Shown here one piece after another: positions 24,574 to 35,189 of a DNA stretch of 64,000 nucleotides (its first letter is position 1; the number at the start of each line of letters is the position of its first letter). Below the pieces are notes generated by a model. The model did not search any database and was not told the DNA's origin. It saw nothing but the letters and a program-made list of their open reading frames with translations. The position numbers and the translations under genes were made by a program. The stretch lies in contig JAJTHL010000015.1 in the NCBI GenBank assembly GCA_021298595.1, positions 22,299-86,298 on the forward strand, written 5' to 3'. This stretch comes from Alphaproteobacteria bacterium. GTDB lineage: Bacteria; Pseudomonadota; Alphaproteobacteria; Caedimonadales; UBA1908.

Positions 24574-25829
24574 TTTTGTTTTTATCTTTTTGTGTAATCG
24601 CCCTAATTGGATTATCTGCATTCTTTTCTGCATCGGAAACAGCGTTTGTCGCCACTTCTAAGGCGCGTCTTATTGCTCAAATCCGCAAGGGAAACAAAAA
24701 AGCAGTCGCCATTAAAAAGCTTGTGGACCGCCTCGAAACCCTCATTGGAACCATTTTGATCTGCAACACCTTAGTGAATACACTGGCAGCGTCTCTTACA
24801 ACAGCCCTTTTAACAGATCTCTTGGGTGAAGCAGGCGTCGTGTATGCCACCTTCGTGGTAACAATCCTTATCGTCATATACGCAGAAGTCGTCCCAAAGC
24901 TTATCGCCATCAATAAAGGCGACCGCGTGACGCGCTTTATGGAGCCTTTGATTAGTCTTCTTGTTAAAGTTATCTCGCCTATTACCCGCGCCATTGAGTG
25001 GATCGCCAAACGAAGCCTTGCCCTCATCGGCGTGCGTATTGACCCTGACACCCATCTTTCAAGCCCCCTTGATGAACTGCGTGGGGCCATTGATCTTCTT
25101 CCCGAAGGAGGCCACTCAAAATCCGAAGAGCGTGCCATGCTCCACAGTATCCTTGATTTGCGTGAGGTCGACGTCGATGAGATCATGATTCACCGCCAAA
25201 GTGTTTCCATGCTGGATGCAAGTTTGCCAGCAGCCGAACTCATGGCCAAGGTGGTACAAAGCCCCTATACTCGTTTTCCTGTCTGGAAGGATAACCCTGA
25301 TAATATTATCGGCGTCCTCCACACCAAAGACCTGCTGCGAGCCCTCCATGCACAGCGTAAGAAAGCATTTGATTTAACTAAACTCTTAACAAAGCCTTGG
25401 TTTATTCCCAATACCGCCCCCCTGCGTGAACAACTCCAAGCCTTTCGTCGTAAAAAAGAACATTTTGCGTTAGTGGTGGACGAATATGGCTCATTTTTGG
25501 GTATTGTGACCCTTGAAGACGTCATGGAGGAAATCGTGGGTGAAATTATGGACGAGCATGACGAGCCCCTGGCCGGCATTGCAAGAAGCCCCAACGGTGA
25601 TCTACTCGTTAGCGGAAAAACAACCCTGCGCGATCTTAATCGGCAATTCTCTTGGGACTTTCCCGATGAAAACGCCGCCACCCTTGCCGGCCTTTTGATT
25701 CACGAATCGCGCACCATTCCCAAAGCAGGGCAAGTTTTTTTGATTAGGGGATTTCGAATCGGGGTTGTGAAGCGCGTTAAAAATCAGCTTGTGCTTTTGC
25801 GCATTACCCCGCCGAAACAGGACCGATGA
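24552..25829 (+). CDS. CNNM/TlyC-family hemolysin-like protein (DUF21-CBS-CorC)
   Basis: N-terminal DUF21 (FFSASETAF, YAEVVPK), a CBS pair, and a C-terminal CorC_HlyC region (PKAGQVF...GFRIGVVK). Confidence 0.85.
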   Translation: MDVSVPMILFLSFCVIALIGLSAFFSASETAFVATSKARLIAQIRKGNKKAVAIKKLVDRLETLIGTILICNTLVNTLAASLTTALLTDLLGEAGVVYATFVVTILIVIYAEVVPKLIAINKGDRVTRFMEPLISLLVKVISPITRAIEWIAKRSLALIGVRIDPDTHLSSPLDELRGAIDLLPEGGHSKSEERAMLHSILDLREVDVDEIMIHRQSVSMLDASLPAAELMAKVVQSPYTRFPVWKDNPDNIIGVLHTKDLLRALHAQRKKAFDLTKLLTKPWFIPNTAPLREQLQAFRRKKEHFALVVDEYGSFLGIVTLEDVMEEIVGEIMDEHDEPLAGIARSPNGDLLVSGKTTLRDLNRQFSWDFPDENAATLAGLLIHESRTIPKAGQVFLIRGFRIGVVKRVKNQLVLLRITPPKQDR

Positions 25830-26095
25830 TGGAAGATCTTTTAAGAAAAGCGCTGACGAACGCCCTTTCCCCCCTTTATCTTGAGATTCAAAACGAATCT
25901 GCCCTTCATCAAGGACACACCTCGTCCCCCCAAACAGGATCGTCTCATTTTTTCGTCAGTCTTTACGCACCGAGCCTGACCGCTCTTTCACGGGTAGAGG
26001 CCCACAGACGCGTCAATGACGCCGCCAAAGAAGCGTGGGATCAGGGGCTTCATGCCCTGCGCATACAAATCCTTAAAGAGATGCCCCAACGCTAG
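25826..26095 (+). CDS. BolA-family protein
   Basis: 89 aa. LEIQNESALHQGH...SHF...F..LSRVEAHRRV matches the BolA pattern. ATGA overlap with the upstream gene. Confidence 0.75.
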   Translation: MMEDLLRKALTNALSPLYLEIQNESALHQGHTSSPQTGSSHFFVSLYAPSLTALSRVEAHRRVNDAAKEAWDQGLHALRIQILKEMPQR

Positions 26096-26804
26096 CCCGC
26101 ACCCGCGCCTCGCCCCACCACGAAAGGAGTGTCTTGGCCTCTTGGCCTTTGAACGTCGCCGCACCGTTTTCGTCACCAATGAGGCGCAGGGCGTCCATGC
26201 GGGACGCAAACTTGAGGGCAGTCTTGAGGACGACCTTCGGGGCTTCGTATCCAAGAAAGTCACCTAAAGAAAGAGTGGCAAAAATCAAATCGCCAAGTTC
26301 AGCCTCGAGGGCCGCGACGTTATAAGGAGATTGGTCAAGCTCTAGGGCCACTTCGTCGGTTTCCTCACGTACTTTTGCAAGGGCCATCTGCGGATCTTCC
26401 CACACAAAACCAAGGGCCCTTGCGGCGTGATCAAGATCCATGAGACTTTCAAGAGGATGCAACGCTTTCAGGGAAAAAGACGGCGTGACTTTCACAAAGC
26501 CTGCTTTTTGGTAAAGTACTTCAAAAGGTTTCATGTGCGCGCTGTCAACTTTTAAGAACTTTTTCCCTTGAAGCAGGGCCTGAAGCCCCGCGCGCTGCAG
26601 CAAAAGAACGGCCCCCATTGTATTGTCTGGTGTATTTAGTGAAAGCGAAGCGATTTCTGCAATCTCAGACTCCTCCAGACGCAGCACGATTTGACCAAGC
26701 ACATTTTCTTTTGTCCTTAGGATCAGGCACGTTTGTTTTTGGCCTAGCTCTTCTTGCGCGTCAAAATGGTACATCATCACCGCTCTATCCTTTAACTGTG
26801 TCAC
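26073..26804 (-). CDS. GNAT-like N-terminal domain fused to MazG-type NTP pyrophosphohydrolase
   Basis: The C-terminal part carries a MazG EExxE/D helix pair (VREETDEVALEL, LEAELGDLIFATL). The N-terminal ~120 aa are GNAT-like (MGAVLLLQRAG..., VLYQKAGFVKV). Confidence 0.6.
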   Translation of the reverse strand: MTQLKDRAVMMYHFDAQEELGQKQTCLILRTKENVLGQIVLRLEESEIAEIASLSLNTPDNTMGAVLLLQRAGLQALLQGKKFLKVDSAHMKPFEVLYQKAGFVKVTPSFSLKALHPLESLMDLDHAARALGFVWEDPQMALAKVREETDEVALELDQSPYNVAALEAELGDLIFATLSLGDFLGYEAPKVVLKTALKFASRMDALRLIGDENGAATFKGQEAKTLLSWWGEARVRASVGASL

Positions 26805-26879
26805 TTAAGTTCCATCTTCTTGCCACAAGTCCATTTGTCATGCTAGAGACATCCAAGGATTTAAAGGATCTATATACCC

Positions 26880-27368
26880 ATGTCAGACAAACCTGTAGAC
26901 CCCACGCGGTGCGTTACAGAGGCGCTAGATCTCCATCAAGTTTCTTATGAACTGCGCACTTTTTCTCAAATCACCCACACGGCCGAGGACGCTGCCACCG
27001 CCATTGGATGCACGGCGCACCAAATCGTGAAGTCGCTTCTGTTTAAAACAAAAAAAACAGACAAGGCCGTTCTTGTCTTGACCTCTGGCCCCAACCGAGT
27101 GGACGAGGAAAAAATCAGCGCGCATCTGGGTCAAAAAACGAAAAAAGCAGACGCCGCCTTTGTCAAAGAGGCAACAGGCTTTAGCATTGGGGGCGTCAGT
27201 CCCGTCGGGCACACGCGCGCCTTGCCCTTTATTCTTTTTCACGAAGACCTCTTACTCCATGATCTTGTGTGGGCAGCGGCCGGCACCCACAACACGGTTT
27301 TTTGCATTCGCCCGCAGGATCTCGTGCACATCACTGATGCCCAGGTTCTTGAGGTAAAGGAAGGATAG
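26880..27368 (+). CDS. YbaK/EbsC-type aminoacyl-tRNA deacylase domain protein
   Basis: QIVKSLLFK, VLVLTSGPNRVD, TGFSIGGVSPVGH motifs. Confidence 0.75.
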   Translation: MSDKPVDPTRCVTEALDLHQVSYELRTFSQITHTAEDAATAIGCTAHQIVKSLLFKTKKTDKAVLVLTSGPNRVDEEKISAHLGQKTKKADAAFVKEATGFSIGGVSPVGHTRALPFILFHEDLLLHDLVWAAAGTHNTVFCIRPQDLVHITDAQVLEVKEG

Positions 27369-28706
27369 TTACGGGGCTTCGAATTTCTTGGTAAGGGCGC
27401 CTATGACCTCGTCTAGAAGCCCTTTGTCGTCAGCCTGGCCCATGATCCGTACAAGGGGCTCTGTGCCAGAAGGGCGCACCAACAGGTGCCCTTTTCCTTC
27501 AAGACGGGCCTCGGCGTCCTTGACCGCGTCCTTGATACTTTGATGATCGAGAATCTGGCGGTCCAAAAGGGGCACGTTCCGTAGCACCTGGGGGACAGGG
27601 TCAAAAACATGGGCAACCTGGGACAGGGGCGATTTAGTGCGACACAAAACAGCCAGCACCTGAAGGGCTGCAATGATGCCGTCACCCGTATGGGCATAGT
27701 CGCTTAGGATAATGTGACCTGACTGCTCGCCCCCTAAATTCGCGCCGCGCTCTTCCATCCAGGCTGCCACATATTTGTCACCCACGGGCGCCCGTAGAAG
27801 AGAAAGCCCCTGCTTTTCAAGATACCGCTCAAGGCCCAAGTTTGCCATGACAGTTCCCACAACCTGAGGACTTGTCAGGCGCCCTTCTCGCTGCCAGGAC
27901 GAGGCAATAAGCCCCAGCAATTGATCGCCGTCAATAAGATTCCCTTTTTCATCAGCCATCATAAGACGGTCCGCATCCCCATCAAGAGAAATCCCAAGAT
28001 CCGCACGTGTTTGCACCACCGTATCCTGCATGGTACGCGTAGCGGTCGCACCCACATTTTGATTGATGTTAAAACCGTTGGGCGTAATGCCGACGGGAAT
28101 GACCTCAGCGCCAAGTTCCCAAAATACGGCGGGCGCCACGCGGTAGGCAGCCCCATTGGCGCAGTCCACCACAATGCGAAGGCCTTCTAAGCGCAAGTCA
28201 TCGGGAAAGGTGCGTTTGACTGCCTCGATATAGCGCCCCAGCGCGTCATCAAGGCGCCTTGCTTTCCCCAGGTGGCTTGCATCCGGCAAGGCGTTATGAA
28301 AGGGCTCATCCATCAAAGATTCAATGGCGGACTCGTCCTCAAGGGAAATCTTCTTGCCCGTCGCATCAAACATTTTAATTCCGTTATCGGCGTGGGGATT
28401 GTGGGAGGCACTGATCATCACGCCAATGTCGGCGCGAAGAGACGGCACGAGCATGGACACGGCTGGGGTCGGCACCGGCCCCAAAAGCATCACATCAAGC
28501 CCCATGGAAATAAACCCAGCTGTCAGTGCTGGCTCAATCATGTAGCCCGAAAGCCTTGTGTCCTTTCCCATGACCACAAGGTGTCGGTGATCTTTGCGCT
28601 TTAAATGGCGCGCCGTTGCGATGGCAAGTTTTGTCATCACATCGGGCGTCATGGGGTAACAGTTCGCGCGCCCTCTCACCCCATCCGTTCCAAAAAGCTT
28701 TGCCAT
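27369..28706 (-). CDS. glmM: Phosphoglucosamine mutase
   Basis: MAKLFGTDGVRG, phosphoserine loop ISASHNPHADNGIK, DGDADR, and GGEQSGH. Confidence 0.95.
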   Translation of the reverse strand: MAKLFGTDGVRGRANCYPMTPDVMTKLAIATARHLKRKDHRHLVVMGKDTRLSGYMIEPALTAGFISMGLDVMLLGPVPTPAVSMLVPSLRADIGVMISASHNPHADNGIKMFDATGKKISLEDESAIESLMDEPFHNALPDASHLGKARRLDDALGRYIEAVKRTFPDDLRLEGLRIVVDCANGAAYRVAPAVFWELGAEVIPVGITPNGFNINQNVGATATRTMQDTVVQTRADLGISLDGDADRLMMADEKGNLIDGDQLLGLIASSWQREGRLTSPQVVGTVMANLGLERYLEKQGLSLLRAPVGDKYVAAWMEERGANLGGEQSGHIILSDYAHTGDGIIAALQVLAVLCRTKSPLSQVAHVFDPVPQVLRNVPLLDRQILDHQSIKDAVKDAEARLEGKGHLLVRPSGTEPLVRIMGQADDKGLLDEVIGALTKKFEAP

Positions 28707-28713
28707 AAAAACG

Positions 28714-30693
28714 CTACTCTTGGGTCGTATCCGACGGAGGTGTTTCTTTTTTCACGGTCTTTTTGGGCGTAGGTTTTTTCTTGGGCGCGGCCTCATCCTT
28801 GGACGCAGCAGACTCTGTTTCTTTTCCTTGTCCGCGTTTGGGAAGCGTGCTTTTTCCTTTGAGGGGTGAGACGGTTGTACGAACGGGGGGTTTTCCATCC
28901 AACAGATCTTGAATTTCAGCTCCCGTCAAGGTCTCATATTCCAAAAGCGCTAAGGCAAGGGTTTCTAGGTCTTGGCGCTTGTCCGTCAAAATTTGCTTGG
29001 CGCGCGCGTACGCTTCTTGCACAATGCGCACAACTTCAGCGTCTACCTTTTGGGCCGTTGCCTCGGATAGGTTCTTTGTCTGTGTGACTGAGTGCCCTAG
29101 GAACACCTCTTGCTGGCCAGAATCGCCGTACATGATTGGCCCTAAAGCATCGCTAAGACCCCATCTTGTCACCATGTTGCGGGCAAGTTCTGTGGCGTGC
29201 TGAATATCTGACGATGCCCCTGTTGTCACACGGTCATACCCAAAGATCATCTCTTCGGCCACGCGCCCGCCCATGGCAACAGCAAGGTCCGCATGGAGCT
29301 TTTTCCTTGAAACCGACACCCGGTCCCCTTCTGGAAGGCGCACCACCATCCCAAGGGCCCGCCCCCGGGGGATAATCGTCGCCTTGTGAATGGGATCAGA
29401 CCCATCTACATTAAGGCCGACAATAGCGTGGCCCCCTTCGTGGTAGGCTGTCAATCGCTTTTCTTCATCGCCCATGACCATGGACCGGCGCTCAGCCCCC
29501 ATAATCACTTTATCTTTGGCGTTTTCAAAGTCCGCCATGGTCACCACGCGTTTGTTTTGACGCGCCGCGATGAGGGCCGCCTCGTTCACAAGGTTCATAA
29601 GATCAGCACCCGAAAACCCAGGGGTCCCGCGGGCAAGAACGCCGGCGTCCACATCCGAGCCTAAGGGTACATGGCGCATGTGTACCTCTAGAATTTGGGT
29701 GCGTCCTCGCACATCGGGTAGAGGGACCACGACCTGTCGGTCAAAGCGGCCCGGGCGAAGAAGGGCAGGATCCAAAACGTCGGGCCTGTTGGTAGCCGCG
29801 ACCAAGATCACCCCTTGGTTCGCCTCAAATCCATCCATTTCCACAAGGAGTTGGTTCAGCGTTTGCTCGCGTTCGTCATTACCGCCTCCAAGGCCTGCCC
29901 CGCGGTGACGTCCGACGGCGTCAATTTCATCAATGAAGATAATGCAAGGGGCGTTCTTTTTTCCTTGCTCGAAAAGATCCCGCACGCGGCTTGCCCCCAC
30001 ACCCACAAACATTTCCACAAAGTCAGAGCCCGAGATAGAAAAAAAGGGAACGTTTGCTTCGCCCGCGATGGCCCGCGCAAGAAGGGTTTTACCCGTACCC
30101 GGTTGGCCTAGCATCAAGACGCCTTTGGGGATTTTACCGCCAAGTTTTTGAAACTTTCGGGGATCTTTTAAGAATTCGACGATTTCTTCGACCTCTTGCT
30201 TGGCCTCTTCAACGCCGGCCACATCTGCAAAAGTAACCTTGGTTTGCTGCTCATTCAAAAGGCGCGCGCGCGATTTTCCAAATCCCATGGCCTTGTTATT
30301 GCCTGACTGCATTTGCCGGATAAAGAAAATCCACACACCCGCAAGGAGGAGCATGGGCAGCCATGAAATCAAATGCTGCATAAACGAGTTGCCGTCTTCT
30401 GGAGGTTGCACTGAGTATCGTACTTTGTGGGCCTCCAGCTGTTCGATAATTTTAAAATCTTGAATGGGCGCGTAGGTGACGAAAGGGCGCCCGCCTGCAA
30501 GCTTGCCCTGAATTGTTTGCCCGCGAATGAGGACTTCTTCTACTTGACCTTCGCCCAGCTGAGATTTAAAGCTCGAGTAGGGAATATCCTCGAAGCGTGC
30601 CTGATCACGACCCCCTTGGAACAGGTTGAACAACCCAAAAAGAACAAGACCAATAATCACCCACAGAAGAATATTTCTATTGAAACCGCTCAC
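28714..30693 (-). CDS. ftsH: ATP-dependent zinc metalloprotease FtsH
   Basis: Two N-terminal TM segments, AAA+ [18 protein letters not shown], second region of homology, and HEGGHA zinc site. Lys/Pro-rich C-terminal tail. Confidence 0.97.
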   Translation of the reverse strand: MSGFNRNILLWVIIGLVLFGLFNLFQGGRDQARFEDIPYSSFKSQLGEGQVEEVLIRGQTIQGKLAGGRPFVTYAPIQDFKIIEQLEAHKVRYSVQPPEDGNSFMQHLISWLPMLLLAGVWIFFIRQMQSGNNKAMGFGKSRARLLNEQQTKVTFADVAGVEEAKQEVEEIVEFLKDPRKFQKLGGKIPKGVLMLGQPGTGKTLLARAIAGEANVPFFSISGSDFVEMFVGVGASRVRDLFEQGKKNAPCIIFIDEIDAVGRHRGAGLGGGNDEREQTLNQLLVEMDGFEANQGVILVAATNRPDVLDPALLRPGRFDRQVVVPLPDVRGRTQILEVHMRHVPLGSDVDAGVLARGTPGFSGADLMNLVNEAALIAARQNKRVVTMADFENAKDKVIMGAERRSMVMGDEEKRLTAYHEGGHAIVGLNVDGSDPIHKATIIPRGRALGMVVRLPEGDRVSVSRKKLHADLAVAMGGRVAEEMIFGYDRVTTGASSDIQHATELARNMVTRWGLSDALGPIMYGDSGQQEVFLGHSVTQTKNLSEATAQKVDAEVVRIVQEAYARAKQILTDKRQDLETLALALLEYETLTGAEIQDLLDGKPPVRTTVSPLKGKSTLPKRGQGKETESAASKDEAAPKKKPTPKKTVKKETPPSDTTQE

Positions 30694-30768
30694 AGACGTT
30701 AGATCCTTTTCTTTACATCAAGAAGATATGGCACCCTAAGACATATCAGATTATAAGAGTTACCTCAA

Positions 30769-31449
30769 TTATGCCGTGAGGAGCGGTGTTTGTTCAAGGA
30801 CTTCTTTCAGGAGTTGGACGGTGGGGCGGCGCTTTTCTTTGAGGGAGGCCTGCCAAAAGCGTGTGATGACCTTATCAAGGGCCGTGTAGGAACGGGCGCT
30901 GTGGGTTAAAAGATATGTGACAAGAAGGGGTGAAGCCTTCATGGAGCAGTCTGAAAATCTTTTATAAATAAAGGCCATTGCACTGAGGTCGTCGGGAGCT
31001 TGAATCTCATAAGCCTCAAGCCCTCTCAGCCTTGAGCAAAGATCAGGAAGCGTGAAGGGAAGCGCGCTCGGCGCAGTTCTTGACGTGAGAAGAAGGGATT
31101 TCCCTCCTTCTTTGACGCTGTTCAAGAGATGAAAAAGGGAGGCTTCACTTTGAACGATCTCGATGTTTTCTAAGACAAAGGCCGAGTGCGTCGCCCCCTT
31201 TTCCCAAAAATCTTGTAGGACAAGTTCTTTTGGAGAAAGAAAAAGAGCGCCTGTATGAAAAGAAAATATATGCGCAAGGTGCGTTTTACCACATGCTCTC
31301 TCCCCCCAAATGTATAGGGTCTTGGCAGGCTCACGGGCCGCCTTTTGCAAGGCGGCGTGAGCGTGTCGGTTGTGATCCGCCACAAAGAACGACTCAGGCC
31401 CGTAGGACGCTTCAGTCTCAAGGGGAAGGGTAAGTTGGGCAAACGACAT
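30769..31449 (-). CDS. hdaA: DnaA regulatory inactivator Hda (HdaA-type)
   Basis: Start moved to ATG 31449 (MSFAQLTLPLE), 7 nt after the upstream stop. It has the QLxLxL clamp-binding-like N-terminus and the AAA+ motif YIWGERACGKTHLAHIF. Confidence 0.7.
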   Translation of the reverse strand: MSFAQLTLPLETEASYGPESFFVADHNRHAHAALQKAAREPAKTLYIWGERACGKTHLAHIFSFHTGALFLSPKELVLQDFWEKGATHSAFVLENIEIVQSEASLFHLLNSVKEGGKSLLLTSRTAPSALPFTLPDLCSRLRGLEAYEIQAPDDLSAMAFIYKRFSDCSMKASPLLVTYLLTHSARSYTALDKVITRFWQASLKEKRRPTVQLLKEVLEQTPLLTA

Positions 31450-31456
31450 AGGAAGG

Positions 31457-32512
31457 TTACGCTTTTTTATAAAGCGCGCTTTTTTTATAGGCCTCAACGC
31501 CAAAGCGCACAAAGACCCCCACAGCCGCCGCCACGGGAAGTGCGAAAAGAAGCCCCACAAATCCAAAAAGAACGCCGCCCGCCAAAAGAGCAAAGATAAT
31601 CCATACGGGATGAAGGCCAATCCTGTCTCCCACAAGGCGAGGCACCAGAAAATAGGACTCAATAAGCTGGCCGATCCCAAAAACCACCGCAAGGCATCCT
31701 GGCATCATCCACCCTGGATGTTGGGTCAGCGCAACGCCAAAAGCCGCACACACCGCGACCAAAAAGCCAAAATAGGGCACAAAGGCAAAAAGGCCTGCCA
31801 CAAGGCCGATGGTCAAGGAATAATTTAATCCCACAAGACTAAGGGCCACACAGTAATAAAAGGCAAGACTTAGGCAGACAAGGGTTTGCCCCCTGACGTA
31901 CCCCGCCAAGACCGTATTCACACGGCTGAAAAGAGTCTTCACAGTGGAGGCATTTGAGCGGGGTAAAAGATTCTCGAGGTGTTGGGTCATCAAAGGCCAA
32001 TCCCTTAACACATAAAAGGCAACGATGGGTGTTAATACCACAAGAGAGATCAAATTTGCCAGCGCCAGTGTATTGGTTAACAGTCCAACGATCACGCGCA
32101 AACTCCAGGTCGCAATGTTACTGAGCTGCTCATGAAAAGATTCATACAAGGACGCGGCTGACCCATCATTGGTCAGGGCCGCTATTTTATCGATCCACGG
32201 CGCAAACGTCGCGTACAGAGTTTTACCGTATCCCGGAAGAGCAATGGCAAGGCGTGTGAGTTCGCTTTTGAGAAACGGCAAAGTGCTGAGAAAGCCACCC
32301 ACAAAAAGCACGAAAAAGCTTAAGATCAAAAGACCTGCCCCAAATCCTCTTGAGATGCGTTTCTTCTCAAGACGGGTCGCCAAAGGATTCAAAAAGTAAG
32401 CCAGCATTAAGCCCGCCACAAAGGGCAGAAGAATCCCTTTGACTTCGTATAGAAACACCGCCATCGCCGCAAGAACACCCACAAGAATCCATTGGTTTTT
32501 AGAGGCGCTCAT
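31457..32512 (-). CDS. AI-2E family transporter (PerM/YdiK-like)
   Basis: 351 aa, polytopic. The C-terminal motif PRLVGDRIGLHPVWIIFALL is typical of the family. Confidence 0.8.
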   Translation of the reverse strand: MSASKNQWILVGVLAAMAVFLYEVKGILLPFVAGLMLAYFLNPLATRLEKKRISRGFGAGLLILSFFVLFVGGFLSTLPFLKSELTRLAIALPGYGKTLYATFAPWIDKIAALTNDGSAASLYESFHEQLSNIATWSLRVIVGLLTNTLALANLISLVVLTPIVAFYVLRDWPLMTQHLENLLPRSNASTVKTLFSRVNTVLAGYVRGQTLVCLSLAFYYCVALSLVGLNYSLTIGLVAGLFAFVPYFGFLVAVCAAFGVALTQHPGWMMPGCLAVVFGIGQLIESYFLVPRLVGDRIGLHPVWIIFALLAGGVLFGFVGLLFALPVAAAVGVFVRFGVEAYKKSALYKKA

Positions 32513-33047
32513 GGGCGTTTCCTCCCATCATTTCAAGCCAGAGTTTTACGTAGGACGCCCCTGAAAGAAGGGTCGTCGCCCCGGTCAACCAAAAAAGGCC
32601 TTCAGATAAAAGTGGAGCAGACCGGTCAAGGGCGGCAAGCCCTAAGAGCACGCATACGAGTAAGATCTGAACGGCCGTATTGATTTTACTAATAAAAAGA
32701 GGCTCAACGCGCAGCGGCCGATCAAAAAGAATCATGAGAAGGGATCCCGCAATAATGAGTACATCCCTTGAGACGACCATAATCACAAGCCAAAGGGGAA
32801 TAAATCCCAGGACCCCCAGCGTCACAAAGGTTCCCACAAGAAGGGCTTTGTCAGCCAAAGGATCAAGATAAGCCCCAAGCTCTGTCCGTTCTTTTAAGAG
32901 ACGCGCCAGCAGGCCATCAAGAAAATCAGACGCCCCAGCCCCGCAAAAAACCCAAAACGCTGCGACCAGGTGCCGTGAGAGTAATAGCCAGATAAGAACA
33001 GGCACACTGAGAAGGCGCGCCATGCTAATCAAGTTGGGATAATTCAT
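32499..33047 (-). CDS. pgsA: CDP-diacylglycerol--glycerol-3-phosphate 3-phosphatidyltransferase
   Basis: CDP-alcohol phosphatidyltransferase motif DFLDGLLAR...G..LDPLADK. 182 aa with 4-5 TM segments. Confidence 0.8.
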   Translation of the reverse strand: MNYPNLISMARLLSVPVLIWLLLSRHLVAAFWVFCGAGASDFLDGLLARLLKERTELGAYLDPLADKALLVGTFVTLGVLGFIPLWLVIMVVSRDVLIIAGSLLMILFDRPLRVEPLFISKINTAVQILLVCVLLGLAALDRSAPLLSEGLFWLTGATTLLSGASYVKLWLEMMGGNAHERL

Positions 33048-34251
33048 CGACCTCCCCTTGAGACGGACCTTCTAAGGGCGCCGCGCTTGTTTCTGGCGTT
33101 TTTAAGCTGATCTCTAGGCTTTTGCCGAGGCGCCCGCGGGATACTTGAAACCCTTCTTGTTCAAGAAGCCTTTTCACATCGTCTTGCTTATTTGTGGGAC
33201 GTACACGTAGGGTCGCATTGTATCTGGCAAGTTGCTTTACAAGCACAAGCTTAAGAAGAGGCATATGCTCAAGACGTTTCTTAATCTCGTGCCATTCTTT
33301 CAAGGTGTCAAAGGTCGCGACCACATCTACGCCGGCCCCCATAACGGGCGAGGGCCCTTCCTCCTGATCAGACGCTGCGCTCGATGATGACGGCTCCTTG
33401 ACAAAGCCCTCTATCATTTGAAGGGCCGGCTTAAAAGAGCGGGCAGAGTCAATCTGGGGAAGAAGGGGCTTTTCTTGACGCGCCAAGACTGAGCCTTCTT
33501 TGTTGTAAAGACTAAGCGCCAAACGAGGTTCTCCAACTTTTTCCTCCTTAAGGGCCGCGACCACCAGTTGGGCAACACCGTAACGGTCCATGAGTTTTGC
33601 AAAGGACGCGGTATCTTGGGCGAGAAGCTGCTTGGGGCTTATATCAGCCACATCCTCAAGGTCTCCCGCCGGAATGACAAGCAGATCATCTCGACTACCG
33701 TTCGCCACAAACGCAAACCAGGTATTATTCTCTTCCCAAAGGATTGGCGTCCCGTGCAAAAGATAGAGGGGCAAAACAAGGGTTTTCTTGGCAGGCAAAA
33801 GGGGCGCTTTTTCCAATGCGTCAGGGTCTTCTTCTTGCGTTTTTGCTCTTGGAAGATCACCACTTTGCAGATGCTGGGTAAGAAGATCTTTGACGGCGAT
33901 ATCTTTAAATCTCACAGTAAAAGTCGCGATATAGCGCACGGCCGAGTTTTTTTCTTTGGTCACCTCGATGTCTTGCACAAGAGCTTCAATGCGAGAAGGT
34001 TTTAGCGCAAGCCACGCGCTGCGCTCGGATTCAGGCACCACGCGGTCGACGAGCTTTTGAAAAGCTTGGGTTTGTGCCGTATCAAAGGCCTTCAAGCGCG
34101 CCTCACTAGCGGACGCCGCTGTTACATCTACCTCAACGCCTTGAATTTCAAAATCATCAAGGAGAAGATCGTCGAAGGACGCCTTCCCCGAAACAGCAAA
34201 AAAGAGAGCCAGACAGGGTAACCAGCGCCCAAGAAAATCAAGAGTTTTCAT
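33025..34251 (-). CDS. Hypothetical periplasmic protein (possibly DUF2066-like)
   Basis: Signal peptide. The N-terminal VEVDVTAASASEARLKAFDTAQTQAFQKLVDRV is reminiscent of DUF2066, a weak assignment. Confidence 0.4.
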   Translation of the reverse strand: MKTLDFLGRWLPCLALFFAVSGKASFDDLLLDDFEIQGVEVDVTAASASEARLKAFDTAQTQAFQKLVDRVVPESERSAWLALKPSRIEALVQDIEVTKEKNSAVRYIATFTVRFKDIAVKDLLTQHLQSGDLPRAKTQEEDPDALEKAPLLPAKKTLVLPLYLLHGTPILWEENNTWFAFVANGSRDDLLVIPAGDLEDVADISPKQLLAQDTASFAKLMDRYGVAQLVVAALKEEKVGEPRLALSLYNKEGSVLARQEKPLLPQIDSARSFKPALQMIEGFVKEPSSSSAASDQEEGPSPVMGAGVDVVATFDTLKEWHEIKKRLEHMPLLKLVLVKQLARYNATLRVRPTNKQDDVKRLLEQEGFQVSRGRLGKSLEISLKTPETSAAPLEGPSQGEVDELSQLD

Positions 34252-34276
34252 GTTGGCTCTCTCCTTTATTGGGGTG

Positions 34277-34699
34277 TTAGCCTGTAATTTCTAGGCCTGA
34301 AAAGAAAAAGGCAATTTCTTGAGCAGCGTTTTCCAAAGAGTCTGATCCATGAACAGAGTTTCCTTCGATGGACTCAGCAAACTCTTTACGAATGGTGCCT
34401 TCTGCCGCATTGGCAGGGTTTGTTGCGCCCATTACGTCACGGTAACGTGTTACAGCGTCTTGGCCTTCCAGGACTTGAGCCACGATAGGGCCCGATGACA
34501 TGAAGGTACAGAGATCATCAAAAAACGCTCTTTCCTTGTGAACAGCGTAAAAAGCCTGTGCTTGTTCCTTGGATAAAGATAGTCTTTTTTGAGCAATGAT
34601 GCGAAGTCCAGACCCTTCGATGCGCGCGTTAATCGCACCTGTCAAATTACGTCGTGTGGCATCGGGCTTGATCAAAGAAAGTGTGCGTTGTGTTGACAT
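34277..34699 (-). CDS. ndk: Nucleoside diphosphate kinase
   Basis: [10 protein letters not shown], active-site NSVHGSDS; 140 aa. Confidence 0.95.
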   Translation of the reverse strand: MSTQRTLSLIKPDATRRNLTGAINARIEGSGLRIIAQKRLSLSKEQAQAFYAVHKERAFFDDLCTFMSSGPIVAQVLEGQDAVTRYRDVMGATNPANAAEGTIRKEFAESIEGNSVHGSDSLENAAQEIAFFFSGLEITG

Positions 34700-34722
34700 T
34701 TAACTGTCTCCTTTAAAAGTTC

Positions 34723-35187
34723 TTACGTTGTTTGCACACGGGCTTGGGGTGTTTCCCACTCGCCCTGTGCGTTTTGTTTCCAATAGGCAAGGTGATATCC
34801 GCGCTCACGGTAAAGTCGCCACCGCGTCCGAGCCTTTTCAAGGGCACTATCGTGGCTTCCGTCAAAAATATCAAGACACCTCGTGAAAACGCGGTCGTCT
34901 TGTACCTCATCTGCGTCCAAAATGACGACTAAATCGGCGCCGTTGGGATTTTCCCACTTATCCGTCAGCCAAATGGGTTGATCCTTGGCATAACCGTCTT
35001 TTTCGGTGCCGTGGGGAAGAAAAGCCGCCGATGAATAGGTCCAAAGAACCGTATCAAGGTGGGCAAGACGCTCTTTATCCGCGCAGTAAAGGACGGCGCG
35101 TTGCCCCGCCCCCAGGACGCGCTCGAGAAGTCGTGCGCATCCTTTTTCCAGGGATGTTTTTTCAAAGTGATAGAAGCGAACTTCCAT
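34723..35187 (-). CDS. holC: DNA polymerase III chi subunit
   Basis: MEVRFYHF..., LDTVLWTYSSAAFLPHG matches the HolC pattern. It sits next to pepA, as in many proteobacteria. Confidence 0.8.
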   Translation of the reverse strand: MEVRFYHFEKTSLEKGCARLLERVLGAGQRAVLYCADKERLAHLDTVLWTYSSAAFLPHGTEKDGYAKDQPIWLTDKWENPNGADLVVILDADEVQDDRVFTRCLDIFDGSHDSALEKARTRWRLYRERGYHLAYWKQNAQGEWETPQARVQTT

Positions 35188-35189
35188 GA

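Noticed and set aside
24677-25186. Long ORFs lie antisense to or overlapping clearly assigned genes. Examples are 24677-25186, 25265-25681, 40711-41313, 10653-11024, 10784-11272, 17582-18049, 17689-18156, 35554-36405 and 29386-30702.
   Set aside because: Their products are low-complexity (Arg/Ser/Pro/Gly-rich) and match no recognisable motifs. They lie opposite genes with strong family signatures, which is typical of shadow ORFs.
31450-31692. The ORF track gives the Hda-like gene an 81-codon N-terminal extension (start 31692) that overlaps the AI-2E transporter gene.
   Set aside because: The extension is Trp/Leu/Phe-rich nonsense that overlaps a real gene in another frame. ATG 31449 gives a canonical Hda N-terminus immediately after the upstream stop.
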